Shown: positions 1 through 14,308, counted from the first letter of the stretch. The stretch: 64,000 nt of DNA from Hydrolagus colliei (GCA_035084275.1 CM068743.1:95666001-95730000), one strand, 5' to 3'. Notes: generated by a model not told the origin, from the letters alone. Made by a program: numbers and translations.

Positions 1-1607
1 TTTGAGCTTTGAGACATCTGGAAGATGATAAGGCGCTATATCAAATGCATTATTATTAAATATCCCATGGCGCTATTACTGCCAATAGTCAACAATCCCT
101 CTAATAAAATTGGCAAGACATTTCTGTGCATTAAACTCGTTGCTACTTCCCAAAAAACACAGAGCAACAACACTGTATAGTATATCCTTCATTGTATAGC
201 CTTTAAACCTCACTTTTAAACAATAGTTTGCGATACCAAAAGGATTTGAGCTCCAACAATATTTATACAATTTAATAAATGATGTGACATTTCATTTCGT
301 AAAATTCCTGCTCATGGAGACATTCCTTTAACTTTTCTATTCCTAATCCACAAATGGATTCTTCCAATCAATTCTTCCAATTAATCAATAGAAGAATTGA
401 TTGGAAGAATCTTTTTTATGGCCATTTTGTCTTCAGAGATTAATGAATATATTAATGAAATATCCAAGGTCTATGGTAATAACTGATGCTGACTTTGTAC
501 AAAATTATATAGCATTAAATTGCAAGCACTTTGAACATTTTTTATAGGTAACAAGGCATTTCCCAAGAGTATTCACATGTCATCAAAGTGCACTAAACAT
601 ACTGATATGGTGAGAAGCATGCCATTACTACAAGCCACATGTTTCCATTATTAATTGATTTTGTATATAATTGACATAATAATAAATAATCCTTGTTTTT
701 GATTTAACTTCAGATCTTTCAGACGTCCCAAAGCGCTTCACAGAATATACTGTGAAGTGAATTAAATAAATATTTGTGATGAAAATGCCTTGATCACATA
801 TCAATATGAATGGGACAATATAAAAAAAACCGAGCTTAATCCATTCTCAGTTCCTCCATCACCGCCTCCCTTGCCTCCTTCAAGAGCCGTCAATAACCTC
901 CCCTTCAACCATTACATCAACCACTCTCCTACCTCTACACCCTCTGCCCTCCACGCCTCCTAATCCCAACCACTAGATGCATATCCCTGACTATCGAGCA
1001 CCTCGGTACGTCCTCCTGACCTGAAAGGCGCTATACAAATTTAATTTGTTGTTGTCATCAAACATATTAATAATAATCCTTGCATTTGATATAGGGCTTT
1101 TCATGTCTTCTAGGGTTCAGCAGGTCAGGCAGCATCTATTGAAGAAAGGAAAATGGGCCAGCATTTCAAGTCTGTGACCCTTAATCAGAACTGGAGCCCG
1201 GTGGTTGGAACACTCACCTTTAGAAGCATGAGACCTGTGTTCAAATCCAGGCAGGACGAAACCTTGGGCATTTCCTTTACACGCCTAATGATAATCCCTC
1301 CCCAAAAAACTATAATACAGGTAAATTGGTCATTTATGACTGTTTGTGAGACACTTCTGTGCGCAATTGGCTGCCGCAATTTGCCCACAAATATAGGCAA
1401 TTCACTTTACAATATATTCTGTGAAGCGCTTTGAGATGTCTAGAAGACGTGAAAAGTGCTATATCAAATGCAAGGTTTATTATTATTATTAACTGGGGCA
1501 TGTTGGGAGGGAGAGGCTTTTAAGGAACAAAGCAGGAGACAGGGCAAGGAAGACAAAGGAGAAAATGGAGAGGGGACACAAGATGATGGGTTTATGGTGC
1601 AAAACAA

Positions 1608-1632
1608 AGGGGGGGGGGGGGGGGGGGGGGGG
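1608..1632. repeat. Poly-G homopolymer
   Basis: About 25 consecutive G. Confidence 0.9.
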
Positions 1633-3104
1633 TATTGCAACAAAACAGGAGGGAAGTAGTGTTAATAATGCAAAACAAGAGGTGGGAATTGCAGCAGAAC
1701 AGGTAGACCAGAGAGAAAAGGTGTGTCTGGAGCCCCTTATGGTGTGGTAATGGTCATATAAGAGGGGAAGGGAAGGTGAGCTATTATGGAAAGTATTGTA
1801 AAGTGAATTGACTGTATAAAATACAGTACAGTGAATTGACTGTACATTTGTGGGAGAAACACAGCAGTTAATTGGGTGCAGCAGTGTCCCACAAACAGTT
1901 GTTGATTGAAGTGACCAATTGAAATAATGTTGCTAAGAGAACTACAAACTCCTTCCCATTAAAATGTATGTGGGCTGGTGTATGAATGCTAATGAATTTT
2001 ATGGTCAAACATCTGAATTGGATATGAGGTATATGTCAGAATTCACGTTTTTAACTTAAGAAGGAAATTGTTCCATGCAGAAGCACCACTAGATGGAGCT
2101 TGTGAGTGCTGATTCCCACACCAAACTTCACTCCCCCATTACCCCAGTCCTTGCCAGTCTTCACCGGCTCCCCTATCCCAAAGAGGATCGACTTCAAGAT
2201 CCTTTCCATTGTCTTCAAATCCCCCTACTCCTCTGCATCCCCTCTGACCTCCTCTCTCCTCAAACCAGGCCCTGTTGCCTTCGCTCCACTGGGTCTGGCC
2301 TCCTCCATGTCCCCTGAATCCTCCGCTCCATCCTCGGCGGCCGTGCCTTCAGAGCCCCGAGGCTCTGGAATTCCCTTCCTCACTACCTTCGCCTCGCCCC
2401 CTCTTTTCTCAGTTTCAGGTCCAGATGTCTGCTATTTTAGCAATAGTGTATGGGATCCACCCGCAACATTTTTTAATGGAATTCATAATACACTTTACAG
2501 AAAAATACACTTCACAAAAAGACTGGAATTCTATGTTCGTATCAATGTACAGTATTTGGAGCTGCATTGAAGCGCTAGGTGCTCCGAGACACCATCTGAG
2601 ATGAAGGGCGTTTACATGCAAGTTGTTATTTTTCTAATAGCTGACTAATTGCAAAATCAGTCTGACGGCAGCCACTAACGTATATAGGGGATATACTAAC
2701 GTATATCCTGTGAATAGTAGGAATTGTGATGCTTATGTTATCGGTTCTGATCAGATTCAGAACATTAAAACCTGCTCCCATGCCACTGCTCCAGAATTAC
2801 AACTGCGAAACAATAAAATGGATGTGGAATCAATTCAAGACAAACAACAACATGATATTTTAACCTTTGACCAAACAAAAAACAAAAAAACATTAAATGC
2901 CAGGGTATGTAAATGCCTTCAGTATGCAATTTGTTGTCAGGTGAAGAAGCTGACACAATTTTCAGTAATACGGATTAAATCTTGAAGCTGCAGCAGTTTT
3001 AAAGGTCATTGGGGTTAAAGTTATGTGTGCTATGCAATAATAGGGCAAAGAGAATCATGCATGGGAATCATAATTAGTTAGATGAGTGCATGCTTTTTAA
3101 AAAT

Positions 3105-4055
3105 TTATATTAATGATCTGAACTTGGTTACAGGGAGTATCATTTCCAAGTTTGCAGATGACACAAAGTTAGGAAAAATAGTAAATAGTGAGGAGGATAG
3201 TAGCAATCTGCAAGAGATATAGACAGAATGGTAAAATGGGCAGAAAACATTTAATGTGGAGAAATGTGAGGCGATGCATTTTGGGAGGAGGAATGAGGAA
3301 AGGCAATATAGGCTAGATAGTACAATTTTAAGGGGTATGAAGGAACAGAGAGACCTGGGGGTTTGTGTAAGTAATTCTTTGAAAGTGGCAGGACAGGTAG
3401 ATAAAGCTGTTAAAAAAAGCATATGGGATACTAGACTTTATAAATAGGGGCATAGAGAACAAAAGTCAGGAAGTTCTGTAACCTCTATAAAACTTTGGTT
3501 AGGCCTCAGATAGAGTACTTTGTTCACCACACTTTAGGAAGGATGTTAAGGCATTGGAAAGGGTGCACAGGAGATTTATCAGGATGGCACTAGGAATGAG
3601 GAACTTCAATTATGAGGAAAGGCTAGAGAGGCTAGGTTTATTCGCATTGGAGCAAAGAAGGTTAAAAGGAGACTTAATAGAGGTTTTGAAGATCATGAGG
3701 GGATTCGATAAGAGTAAACAGGGAAAAATTGTTTCCACTCGTGGGTGTATCAGTGACCTGAGGTCACAGATTTAAAATAGTTTCTAAAAGAAGCAGAGGG
3801 GAGGTGAGGAGAAATGTTTTCACTCAGTGAATTGCTCGAATCTGGAATGCATTGCCTGAAAAGGTGGTGGAGGCCGATTCGATAACAACTTTTAAAAGAG
3901 AATTAGACGTTTATTTGGGGAGGACAAGTTTGCGCAGTTATGGGGAGAGAGCTGAAGAGTGGGATTGAGTTGCTTTTTTCAAAGAGCCGGCACAGACTTG
4001 AAGGGCGCAATGGCCTCCTTTTGTGCCGTAAGATTCTATGATTCAATGATTCTAT
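3105..4055 (+). mobile_element. CR1-type LINE 3' fragment
   Basis: Decayed RT C-terminus (SKFADDTKL, ERVHRRFIRM, LEQRRLKGDLIEV) and attctatg tail repeats. Confidence 0.9.
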
Positions 4056-5479
4056 GATGTACAGTCTAGGATTGCGCAATGTTAGTGTTTGTTTCTGGTA
4101 GGACCACATTTGTGTACTGCAAGTGCAATCAACAGGAAGGCAGCCTCAGAACAACTAGGCAAGAAACATTTTCCAAGCAAGATGAAAAGCGTAGCCAATT
4201 AATTAGAATTGTTAACAAACTGATAACACATTTTCAATTTGCAAGAAAGGAGTAAAAACTGTTTGTGAAACTATATGAGAGAACGGGAGGTAAATGGGAG
4301 GGGACAAAGTGAGTGCCCCCTGGGATTGTAAAATAAATGCAAATAAAAATGTAATTTTGTAGTTGTTGTTGGTTGAATTGGCCAGGTAGAAAGCTTCATG
4401 CATAATTTAGGGATGAAGGAATATATAAATATTTAATAATAATCCTTGCATATGCTACAGTGCTTTTCACATCTTATCGACGTCCCAAAGCGCTTCACAG
4501 AATATATTGAAAAGTGAATTGACTGTATATTTGTGGGCGAATCGCAGCCGCCAATTGCGCACAGCAGTGTCCCACAACAGTCGTGGATTGAAATTACCAA
4601 TTTTATTATTGTGTTTTTTTTGGACGGATTATTATTAGGCATGTGGACTACGGAAACTTGCCCAAGGTTTCACCCTGAACTGCCTGGATTCGAACACAGG
4701 TCTCCCCAACTTGGTCTCCCCAGCTTGCAAGACAAGTGCTTTAACTACTAAGCCACAGGTTAGTAGAGAGAGGAATAGGAGCGGTGGATGCTTGTGTGTT
4801 GGCCAAATGGCCTGTTTCTGTGTTGTTTCACTGTATGTAATCCCTAATGGGTAGAGTACTCCAAATAGAAGAAAAGTACCATAATTACCAGTTCTTTGTA
4901 GAAATCCTTCTACACCCATGGAGAAACCTAGGCTCAAGACCTCATGGAATTGCCAGAAAACGGTTCCTGGTTTTAAGAGAGTGCGCATTTCATCCTTCCT
5001 CATCAGGTCGATCTTCACAAACAAATGTACTCCAAACAAAGTATGTTGAAGGTACCTCTAGTGGCTAGAATTTATGATAATACTGACCGACAAAAATAAC
5101 AATGATGGCAGCAATCAAGATCTGAAACAACATTCTTACCTATATAAAATGCCCTTCATATAGAATATCCTGGAACTCTGCACAAAGAGTTGGATGCTAA
5201 GCAAGGAAGGGAATGGGGCCATAGGAGTGGTTGAGGAGGTAGGATTTTAGGTGGGATTTAATAGAGGTAGAGGGAGGGATTTCCACTCTCATAGAATACC
5301 AATCTCACAGAACCCGAGCAGATCCCAGGAACCTAGGATTGGCTCTGTGTGGTCATACAAGGGAAACTCAGGTTAGGGGGACAGGACAGAGTTAAGAGCA
5401 CCTTTCTGTAATCTCTCCTGTCTTTAGTTTATTTCTCCCATGTAATCAACCAAAATATTTGAGAGATGAAGGCACTGGA

Positions 5480-5890
5480 CTAAGAGAAGTGGTTAGATAA
5501 ACTGGGCATGTTCACACTGAAGGGAAGGTTGAGGGGCAACATGATTATGGCCTTTAGGATTCTGAGGAGAATAGATAACATAGACCATAAGCTTTTTTTG
5601 GTCTCAATATACTGAACAGTACAACCAGACGACATGGCCTGCGATTGAAGGGGGGTAAATTCAGAACAAATCTGCGGAAACACTACTTCATTGAGTGAGT
5701 AGTAAACTTATAGCTCCCTAGGGATTCAGTGGAAGCAGTTTCCAGAACAAATTAGATAGATTTCTGCTACCAAATAATCTTGGGATACAGTATATAGTTT
5801 GGGACATGCCATGTCAAACGACTGCCAGGATGGTGGAAGGTGAACTAGATGGACCTTGGTTTTCTTTATGTAGCAAATTCTTATGTTCTT
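5480..5890 (+). mobile_element. CR1-type LINE 3' fragment
   Basis: Decayed LGMFTL..RLRG..I motif and CR1-like 3' end. Confidence 0.7.
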
Positions 5891-7226
5891 TTGTTTATAA
5901 TCTGCTGACTAGTCTTATCTGCCTGAATTATGATTTTGTTTGTTGAAGGAAGCTTTGACTGTGATTTATACAATAAAACCCACCTTCTTTAACCCCAGTA
6001 ATGTCACCTCCTAAATCTACCCTTTTCTTGTTTCCAGGGAAAAAATTCAGATTGGCCTTCAACAATACATTACATTTATGCAACGTCTTTCATATCAGGA
6101 GGACTTTCCAAGGTGCTGGACAGTCAGGGGTCCACACCCAAGCTGGTGATTCTTATCAATAGGGGCGGAGGACGTGAGGGTAGGGATAGGAGGGTGACTG
6201 AAGGCACGGTCAAAGTGGAGGGTCTTGGGGTGGGTCTTGAAGGGGGCGAGGGGTTGAGGCTGTGGGATGGAGTTCCAGAGGATGGGACATAGACGCTGAA
6301 GGCCCGTCTGTCAATAGTGGGGTAGGCATGGATGGGATGTGAAGCAGACTGGAGGCCGCTGAGCGGAGGGAGCAGACAAGTTGGTAGGCGGGTTAGGAAG
6401 GCACAGAGGTATGGTGGAGCAAGGCCGTCGAGAGCTTCGAGAGAGAAATAAACATAATTATTCATGAGAGAACTAGACAATTGGCTGCTGTGTCTCTACA
6501 CTTCACAGTATATTTCTGTGAAACGCTTTGAGATGTGTTGAAGATGTGATAAGGCAAAGATTATTATTACTATATTAAATGCAAATATTATTATTAATAC
6601 TTAACAGCAATCTGCTACAGAGTGGAAGGGCAGGTAAATTGGACTGGTATGATTGCTCTTGAGGGAACCAGGATAGACATAATGGGCCAAATGGTCTTCT
6701 TCTGTGCCATAACTTTCTATGGTAGATAAGGTGCTACATTAAATGCAAAGATTATTATGGTTCTATGTCCTATAAAATATTTTAAACAGTTGTGGTACTT
6801 TTCGTAACCACAGTGGAAGCCTGTCATTAGAACGAGAGAAACTAAACCTCCTCTACTCAGTTTCCATTAGCTATCAAGATGGAATTCCAATCATCCCCCC
6901 ATATTGATAGGTAACAGAATTTGACATCCAGTTGTCTCCATGTGTGAAGTTACTGGTTCTTTCGGAACATCATTTATTTGTATCCTTAGAAACGCATGTT
7001 CATGCGCAGAACTTTCACACGTGTAAACAATTGGATTTATTGCTAATAGGTTAGTTTTGTTCAATGAAGTCTTACTCACAAAAAGAGAAAATAGACGTAG
7101 AGAAAGTAACATCGAAAGAATTTAAAAATCTAATTTTACAGATTCTGAGAGAGAAAGAGAGACAGCGGTGATGTCCAGCCTCACAAGTGTTGGGAATCTT
7201 GAATCAAAAACAGTAGAACCAATGTA

Positions 7227-7426
7227 CAGTAAAAGCCTGTATATCCGGCACCCGATCAACCGTAACTTCTGTATAACTGGCATCTCCAAAAAAAATCCGC
7301 ATTCAATTCATCCGGAAAAATGCATTGGAATTTTTTTTTTTTTTTTTTTGCGTTTTCAATATCCGGCAGGCGCTTTAACTGGCATTGGCCAGGTCCCAAG
7401 GGTGCTGGATAAATTAGCTTTTACTG
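7227..7426. mobile_element. Tc1/mariner (Tigger/pogo-like) MITE
   Basis: TIR CAGTAAAAGC...GCTTTTACTG flanked by TA; related copies 52903-53441, ~58354-58725, partial ~63570-63690. Confidence 0.85.
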
Positions 7427-9949
7427 TATTTCACTACACAAGAACAGAGAGCTTTGCTTGAGATACTGAAGCAGAAATGGGAGGAGTGCAGTATAACTTG
7501 AAGTGCTCTGGAACGCTACCCCGCGTGAAGGGCAAGTTGTTGTTGTAACTCGGTATTGTTCACTTGCAACCCTCTCAAAGCAAGCCCAGCAGGTACAGTA
7601 TAACAGAGCATTATATTCTTACATTCAGCTCTTATCTCCTTACCATTTAATTGCTTTCACAACAACTTCCCTCCTCTTATCTTACATTACACAAGCCTAA
7701 ACTTCCCAACGCTTGCGGTTAATCTCTATCTCTCTTTTAGAAAATTTCTCTCTTTCTCTATTACTTTCTCTTAAAACTACTGTCTTTTACTGTGACTAAA
7801 ATCTCAAGGAACAAAGTTAAACCTACATGCCAAAAAATCCAGTTGTTCATATGTGTGAAGGTTTTCCATATCAATGCAAGGTTATGAAGTAAATTGTATT
7901 CTTAATTACCTCGGAATCTCACACAGAGACAACTTCATGTCCAATTCCAATAGCTATCATAATCAGTGCCTTAGGACGTCTTCCTGACGTGAAAGGCGGT
8001 ATACAAATATAATTTTGTTGTTGTTGTAAATGAGGGGAAGAAACTGGCTTCCCTTGCTCTAATAATGTTCGGAAGACATCCAATGGTACTCTGTCATTTC
8101 CTTCAAAAAGATCTTGTCAACATTTGTTAAAAAGCCCAATTTAAACTTTCCAGATAGCTTGATTTCCAGATTGAAGTTGTGTAGTAGATAGCATGTACGC
8201 CTCTCAAGCGAGCGGACCTGGGTTTGATTCCTGAGCGGGGCAAGACTGTATGCAAGTTTCCTTACTCCACATGCCTCTATTTATCTAGCAGTACGTAAAA
8301 ACCTGATTGTTAGTCTGTTGAAGGATTGCTCTCTGGGAGTAATAATCCCTCCAAACTAAATGAATTATTAATTTGTTCACTCAATCCATGACTATTTGTG
8401 GAACACTGCTGTGTGCAATTGGCTGCTGCGTTTCGCCCACAAAATACAGTCAAACCACTCTTTACAGTATATTCTGCAAAGATACTTTGAGATGACAATG
8501 ATGTGAGAAGACACTATCAAATGCAATAAATGAGGATATATTATTGATTTTGATTGCATTAACAAAGAACAAAAACAGAATCAATTGATGGTAAACATCT
8601 GGGTTCAATTCCAGGCAGGGCGAAACCTTGGCCGAGTTTCCTTACTTCACATGTCTGATAATAATCCCTGAAAGAAACAATAATAAATTGGTCATTTCAA
8701 TCTACAACTGTTTGTGGAACACTGCTGTGCACAACTGGCTGCTGTGTTTCGCCCAACAAAAATAATTCAGTCAATTCACTTTGCAGTATATTCTGTGAAG
8801 CGCTTTGAGAAGTCTAGAAGATGTGAAAAGCGCTATATCAGATGCAAGAGTTATTATTATCTGATGTGTCCAATATTGTTACTTATCTATTATTCTTGTT
8901 CTTGGCAGTTTTTGTCAGTCTCAATACTTGGTAATATTCTGAAATGATTAAACAGAGTTACTGGTTTGGTGTTGAGTTAAGCGTGTTTGCCAAAGGACTG
9001 CAGCTATCACTGTTTTCTATAACTCACTTTGCCCTTCGAAACTGGTTACTGGCAGACCTACTGAAAATGGAGTTCTGATATGACACTAACTTGTTTATCA
9101 CCGCACAGGTTTCTTTACACTAATCAAACATTCTAGTTCTATGCATGGTAAGAAATGTGCATTTTCAAGGCTGACCCCATCCTTTAACTGGTGCTGTTAT
9201 TCTCTCAGTGCATCGCCCAAAGTAGCTTGCTTAAGAAACTCTTTTTTCTTAGTGTTATGATGATATTGTAATGTACAGTGCTGCAAGATATCCCGATACA
9301 AGAGGTGAAATCTTGCCTGGAACTATGCAGCTAGTTGGAAGCAGTGCACCCAAAAAACAGCCTGTCACGTGAGGGATAGCTCTGACCGGGTATTTAAGGA
9401 CCACATCAAGGTTCAGTTACCATATAAGGAGGAATAGCTAGCTAATCACCAACTCCACCCAGTAAACAGTACTAAATTTTAATGTGGGCATGAGCTATTA
9501 AGTTTCAGATGTCATGCTAATCCAGCCATTTCTCATTTGGTCTGTGTCACCAAAACCCCGCCTGTTGAGTCATGTATTTCTGTTCAGCCAAGTAACTCTG
9601 AATAGTAAATGTTACTTTTGATAAAATTACCTACAGTTCATGGGGCCAATTTCACTTGTGAGAAATACAAAGAAAAAAAATTAACACATTAAACTGGCAC
9701 TCATAAATATCAGAGCTATCCCTCAGTGTTTTTTTCTTAAAATAAACATTAGGCTTAAAAGATTCTTACAAATTTAATTTTGAGTAAATTAACAGTAAAG
9801 AGTAAATAATACAATTAAAGCAATGGTACCCCACATATTTGCAGGACTACAAAGCATAACTGAGTAATGTTAAACAAATAAATCTACTCCACGTGCTCCA
9901 GGGCACTCCCCAATTAGATGTGTGATATATAAGTGCAAGTTGTTGTTGC

Positions 9950-11070
9950 TCCCACTCAAAACCGCAATCATCACCACCCTCCTAAAAAAAAACTACTCTT
10001 GATCCCTCCAACCTTGGGCACTGCTGCTCTATCTCAAACCTTCCCTTCCTGGCCAAAGCTTTGAAACGCATTGTTGCCAACCAACTTCACCCACATCGCT
10101 TCCTCCACTCCTTACTCAAAACCCTTCAGTCCAGTTTCCGCCCTCCCACAGTAGTTAGTGCTTGCGAAAGTCATAGACGATGTCTTCTCTATCTGTGGAC
10201 CATGGCTCCCTCTGCCTCAACAACCAAATTACAATTATAGAGCACTTTCACGTCGGGAGGACATCCCAAGCCTCCTCATCCTCCCGGACCTTTCCTTTAC
10301 ATTCGACACAGTCGATTACACTATCCTCCTCTACTGCCTCTCCTCCATTATTCACCTCAATGGGACCACACTCACTTGGTTCGAATCCTACCTAACAAAT
10401 CCCCAGCACTACATTTCCATAAGTGTTTTTTTTTCTTGTCCCCATCCAGTCACCTGCAGTGTACCCCAAGGCTCTATCCTTGGCTCACCTATATGCTCCC
10501 TCTTGGTGATGTCATCCTCAGACATGAGGGTAACTTCCATATATATCTGGATGATGCTCAACTCTAATTCAGCTCTAGCTGCGTGTCCTCCTGCGTGTCT
10601 TCATGAAGGCCTGAATGACCGCAAACTTCTTGCAGTTAAACATCAACAAGACTGAAGCCATACTCTTTGGCTCCCATCAACATCTTCAGTCCTGTGGTTC
10701 AGACCTCAACCTACCTGATCTGTCTTTAAAACTCTCTGAACCCATGCACAATTTAGGCGAAAGGTTTGATCTCCAGCTATACTTCCTTCCCCACATCCGG
10801 TCCTTGGCCAGGGCCAATTTCCTCCATCTCTGCCCCTTTTCCGCCTACCCACCTCTCATCTCTCCGCATAGCACTACCCACTGCCTCCATTCTAATAGCT
10901 CCGTTCTCCTCATCCCTCGAATCCTCCGCTCTACCATTGGTGGTGTGCCTTCAGCCACAACACCCCCAAAGCTATGGATCTTCCTCAGTCAATCCCTTTG
11001 CCTCGCACCCACTTTCCCCATTTTCAGGTTACAACTGAAGACCTTCCTCTTTGATTGTGCCTAAGGTCAT
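9950..11070 (+). mobile_element. L2-type LINE RT fragment
   Basis: DLS..FDTVD, VPQGSILG, YLDDAQL, FLQLNINKTEAIL. Confidence 0.88.
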
Positions 11071-11974
11071 CTTCCCCCCACACACCCCGAATTGGCAGCA
11101 AGTTCCGCTAGTCTTGTATCCTTATTTCACAGACACAAATTGTCTCACCTCATTCTCCCCCCCATCCTCTTTGCTCTCCTGAAAGCATTGATTGGAAGCA
11201 TAGTTCCACAGACAGTTGTCGTCCCCCTGTACCCAAAAACATTAGTTATAGTTGAGCACTGACAATGAGCCTAAAAGGCTATGCTACCATGGAAGTCATT
11301 ACAATAGCACAATCAAGCCTGATCCTGTCCTCAGACAATAATTACCTGCACACGCCCTTCAGTCAGTGCTAATGGATAGCAATTAGGATTCGTAATCCTG
11401 CATCAATTTCCCTTCCCTAATTTGGAACTCTTAACAATTTGCTACTTTTGCTAAATTAACATCAGTTAAAAGAAAATTCAAGTAAGCACTAAACATGGGT
11501 ATAAATTAACTACTGTTATTTTCAAGCATCCCTTTTTTTTAATAAAGACACTTCTATTCTGCCTTACCACAAAACATTTATTTGAGTCAGTATTGAGAAA
11601 ATAATCTCTTTCCAGACCCTTTCAATAGGAGTTCATAGTTAATTACAGGGTGATGTGGTGCTGAAACACCTATAAGATGGTTCTCCTCTTTAAAGAAGCA
11701 TCCATATTTTTATTGATATTTTCCACAATGATTCAACTGAGATTCTGAATGTAAGCACATGGGTGTGAGCCTCGAGGAAAGAAAAGAATAATTAATCACA
11801 ATGTTATCTTCACCCAGGTGCTGCATAGCACTTGGTGGGAGAGGAAATGTCACTGTAACAATATAACCTTTGGACATTCTATGACTCAAAACCGCTAATG
11901 GATTGATTACTAAGTTATATGAAAACTTGATAGCCAAACACTAAGAGTTATACATAAGTATGCAAACCTACATA

Positions 11975-12284
11975 CAGTAAAACCTTGATAATCATTCATT
12001 CTGAAAGCCAGCAATTCCCTAAAAGGGGCAAGATTTCAAAAAACATACAGTACTGTATTTGTTTTTTTTCCAATGTCCGGCAAATCTCCCGAAGTTCAGA
12101 ACAGCTGCTTGTAGTTCGCGGCGTTGCCGCTCTGTCATCCAGCGCTGTGGTTGCCGCTCCAGTGATGTTTACTGTGCGGCGGCGCTTCCCCAGCAATTTC
12201 TAGGTAGGTTTTTAAATGATGGCAAACTCCGAAATCCGGGAGGTGCGTGGGTCCAACCATGCCGGATTATCAAGGTTTTAATAT
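11975..12284. mobile_element. Tigger/pogo-like MITE, second family
   Basis: TIR CAGTAAAACCTTGATAAT / ATTATCAAGGTTTTA. Confidence 0.7.
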
Positions 12285-12353
12285 ATAGAAAATCAAGTCT
12301 TTAGAATTAAAGGTGAACTCTCTCCTTAATGATACGCTTATCTAATTAATAAG

Positions 12354-12651
12354 AATAATCCTTGCATTTGATATAGCGCTTTTCACGTCTTCTAGATGTC
12401 TCAAAGTGCTTCACCGAATATACTGTAAAGTGAATTGACTGTAGATTTGTCGGCAAAACATGGCAACCGATTGTGCACAGCAGTATTCCATAAACAGTGG
12501 ATTGATATGACTAATTTATTATTTGTTTTTCAAGGGATTATTATCAGGCATGTGGAGTAAAGAAACTCGCCCAAGATTTCGCCCTGCCTGGAATTGAACC
12601 CGAGTCTCCTTCTTACAAAGCGAGTGCTCTAACCACTGAGCTACAGGACTC
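12354..12651 (-). mobile_element. tRNA-derived SINE with Deu-like core, near full length
   Basis: tRNA-like head (gagtcctgtagctcagtggttagagcac...gggttcaattcc), core ctgctgtgcgcaattggctgcc, tail atcaaatgcaagg(att)n. Confidence 0.88.
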
Positions 12652-13939
12652 AATGTTCTGGATAGTATGAAGTGCAGGTTGGCAAGAGCCGAGGCTTAGG
12701 TACCCCCAAAATGCGCGTTGATTGGAGTCCTGCCGGACTTTAACCAGCTAAAAATCCATACGCTTAAATCCCAGTTATCTGGAGTAATACTTCAAAAATG
12801 CAATTTTAATCGTTTGAATCCTGCAAATAGAAGATAGCAAAGATGTGTAAGGTTTTGTTTCTCTCTAAAACTGAAGCTTAAAAAGTGTCAATTCTTGAGA
12901 GTAGTCACTTGGTCAGTTCGAGTTTCAATAGAAAAATCGTTTAATCATATAACGCAAAACAAAAAAGTTAATTGTGCACCAGTCTGCATTCCAGTGGGCA
13001 AAGGCAACAAACATTGGAGTGAGTACCGTAAATTGGCCTGTGGTTACTGGTTGCCACTGGTCTTGCAATGAGTTTATGTCACATTACAGTGAGCTGATAA
13101 AGTGAGGTTGTTTATACCAGTTTCTCCAGAGTCACAAACTGATGAGCATTTACTATGGTGTTGTAGCTGAGTGACTATGATTGGACAGTAAAATAAACAG
13201 GGGCTATTTATTTGCAAATACAGTAGATATATTATATACTAGATATACTGCACAAAAGGCTAAATTGCTCAGGTATGCAAATTGTTGACAGCTCCTTTGC
13301 TTCTATGATAAAACAGTAATTGTTTTAACTTTAAATGTAATGAATGCTGTATCAATATTAATAGTATTGGTTTATAATCCCACAGTATTTCACATTTTAC
13401 CCTCATAGACGCATTCCTGTAGGAGTCCTGTAGCTCAGCGATTAGAGCACCGAGGTGCACAACTGACTGCCCCATTTTGCCCAAAAATAGTCAATTAATT
13501 TTACGATATACCTTTCATGACTGCTGGAAGTCTCAAAGAGCTTCACGGAATGTACCGTAAAGTGAAATGACTATACTTGTGGGCGAAATCCAGCAGCCAA
13601 TTGCTCACAGCAGTGGCCCACAGCCAGTGGAGGGTCCAAATGACCAATTTATTGTCGTTTTCCTTTCTTGAGGGATTATTATCAGACGTGTGGAGTAACC
13701 TTGGCCAAGGTTTCACCCTCTAACCACAGGACTCCTGTACATTTCGTTGTTGCTGTTGTTATTTACCCTATTCCAGTCGTGAGTGAGTGAGAGCAAGGAA
13801 GTGGCCTTCGAAACACACCATCTTACTCCCAAGGAAAAAATAGACGAGACAGTTCACTATTACCCGTGTCCACACTCTCAACGCCTCTTTACCAAATAAC
13901 CCACGGGTTATTTGAACTTTTTCAAAAATATACGACCTT

Positions 13940-14200
13940 CAGACATGGCGCCGCGACCGTCAGTCACCCCGGAATGTGGCGGCTGATGCGGCGAGCCGTG
14001 TTAAAGATTGACGTGTGGTAAGCGACATGTTTGCATGTTGACTGAGTCGAGGTACAGGCGATGGTGAGGTCGGAGGCTGAGCCGCCGCCGCTTGTTGTTG
14101 TCACCAGGACCTCGGCGTGGAGACGTCGCGTCAGCATCCGGGTGCCTGACCGAGGATATAAAAGGAGGGGATGGGCGGGCGGCTGCTCTTTTCATCCACT
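13940..14200 (+). promoter_or_regulatory. AZIN1: AZIN1 promoter: CpG-rich region, TATAAAA box and pyrimidine-rich initiator
   Basis: CpG-dense stretch in a CpG-poor window; TATAAAA at 14157-14163; CTCTTTTC at 14186-14193 about 30 nt downstream; YY1-like ACATGGCG near 13943 and TGACGT near 14009. Confidence 0.75.
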
Positions 14201-14252
14201 CGCTGCTGATCGAGGAGAGTACAGTGTCAGCACAGGCCGCCGTCGAGCTTTT

Positions 14253-14306
14253 ATGGCAAAAAGCGTTCGTCTTCTTTCTCCTTTGGGCTCCCCCGTTACT
14301 CTTTGA
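14253..14306 (+). CDS. AUG-initiated uORF, 17 aa (MAKSVRLLSPLGSPVTL*)
   Basis: ATG 14253, TGA 14304-14306, ending 2 nt before the AUU of the next uORF. Confidence 0.75.
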   Translation: MAKSVRLLSPLGSPVTL

Positions 14307-14308
14307 AA

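Noticed and set aside
12580-12651. tRNA gene
   Set aside because: tRNA-like A/B boxes are the head of a multi-copy SINE; no intact cloverleaf or poly-T terminator
1-13900. ATP6V1C1 exons (expected from human synteny)
   Set aside because: No V-ATPase C1 peptide (e.g. MTEFWLISAPGEK) recognised on either strand
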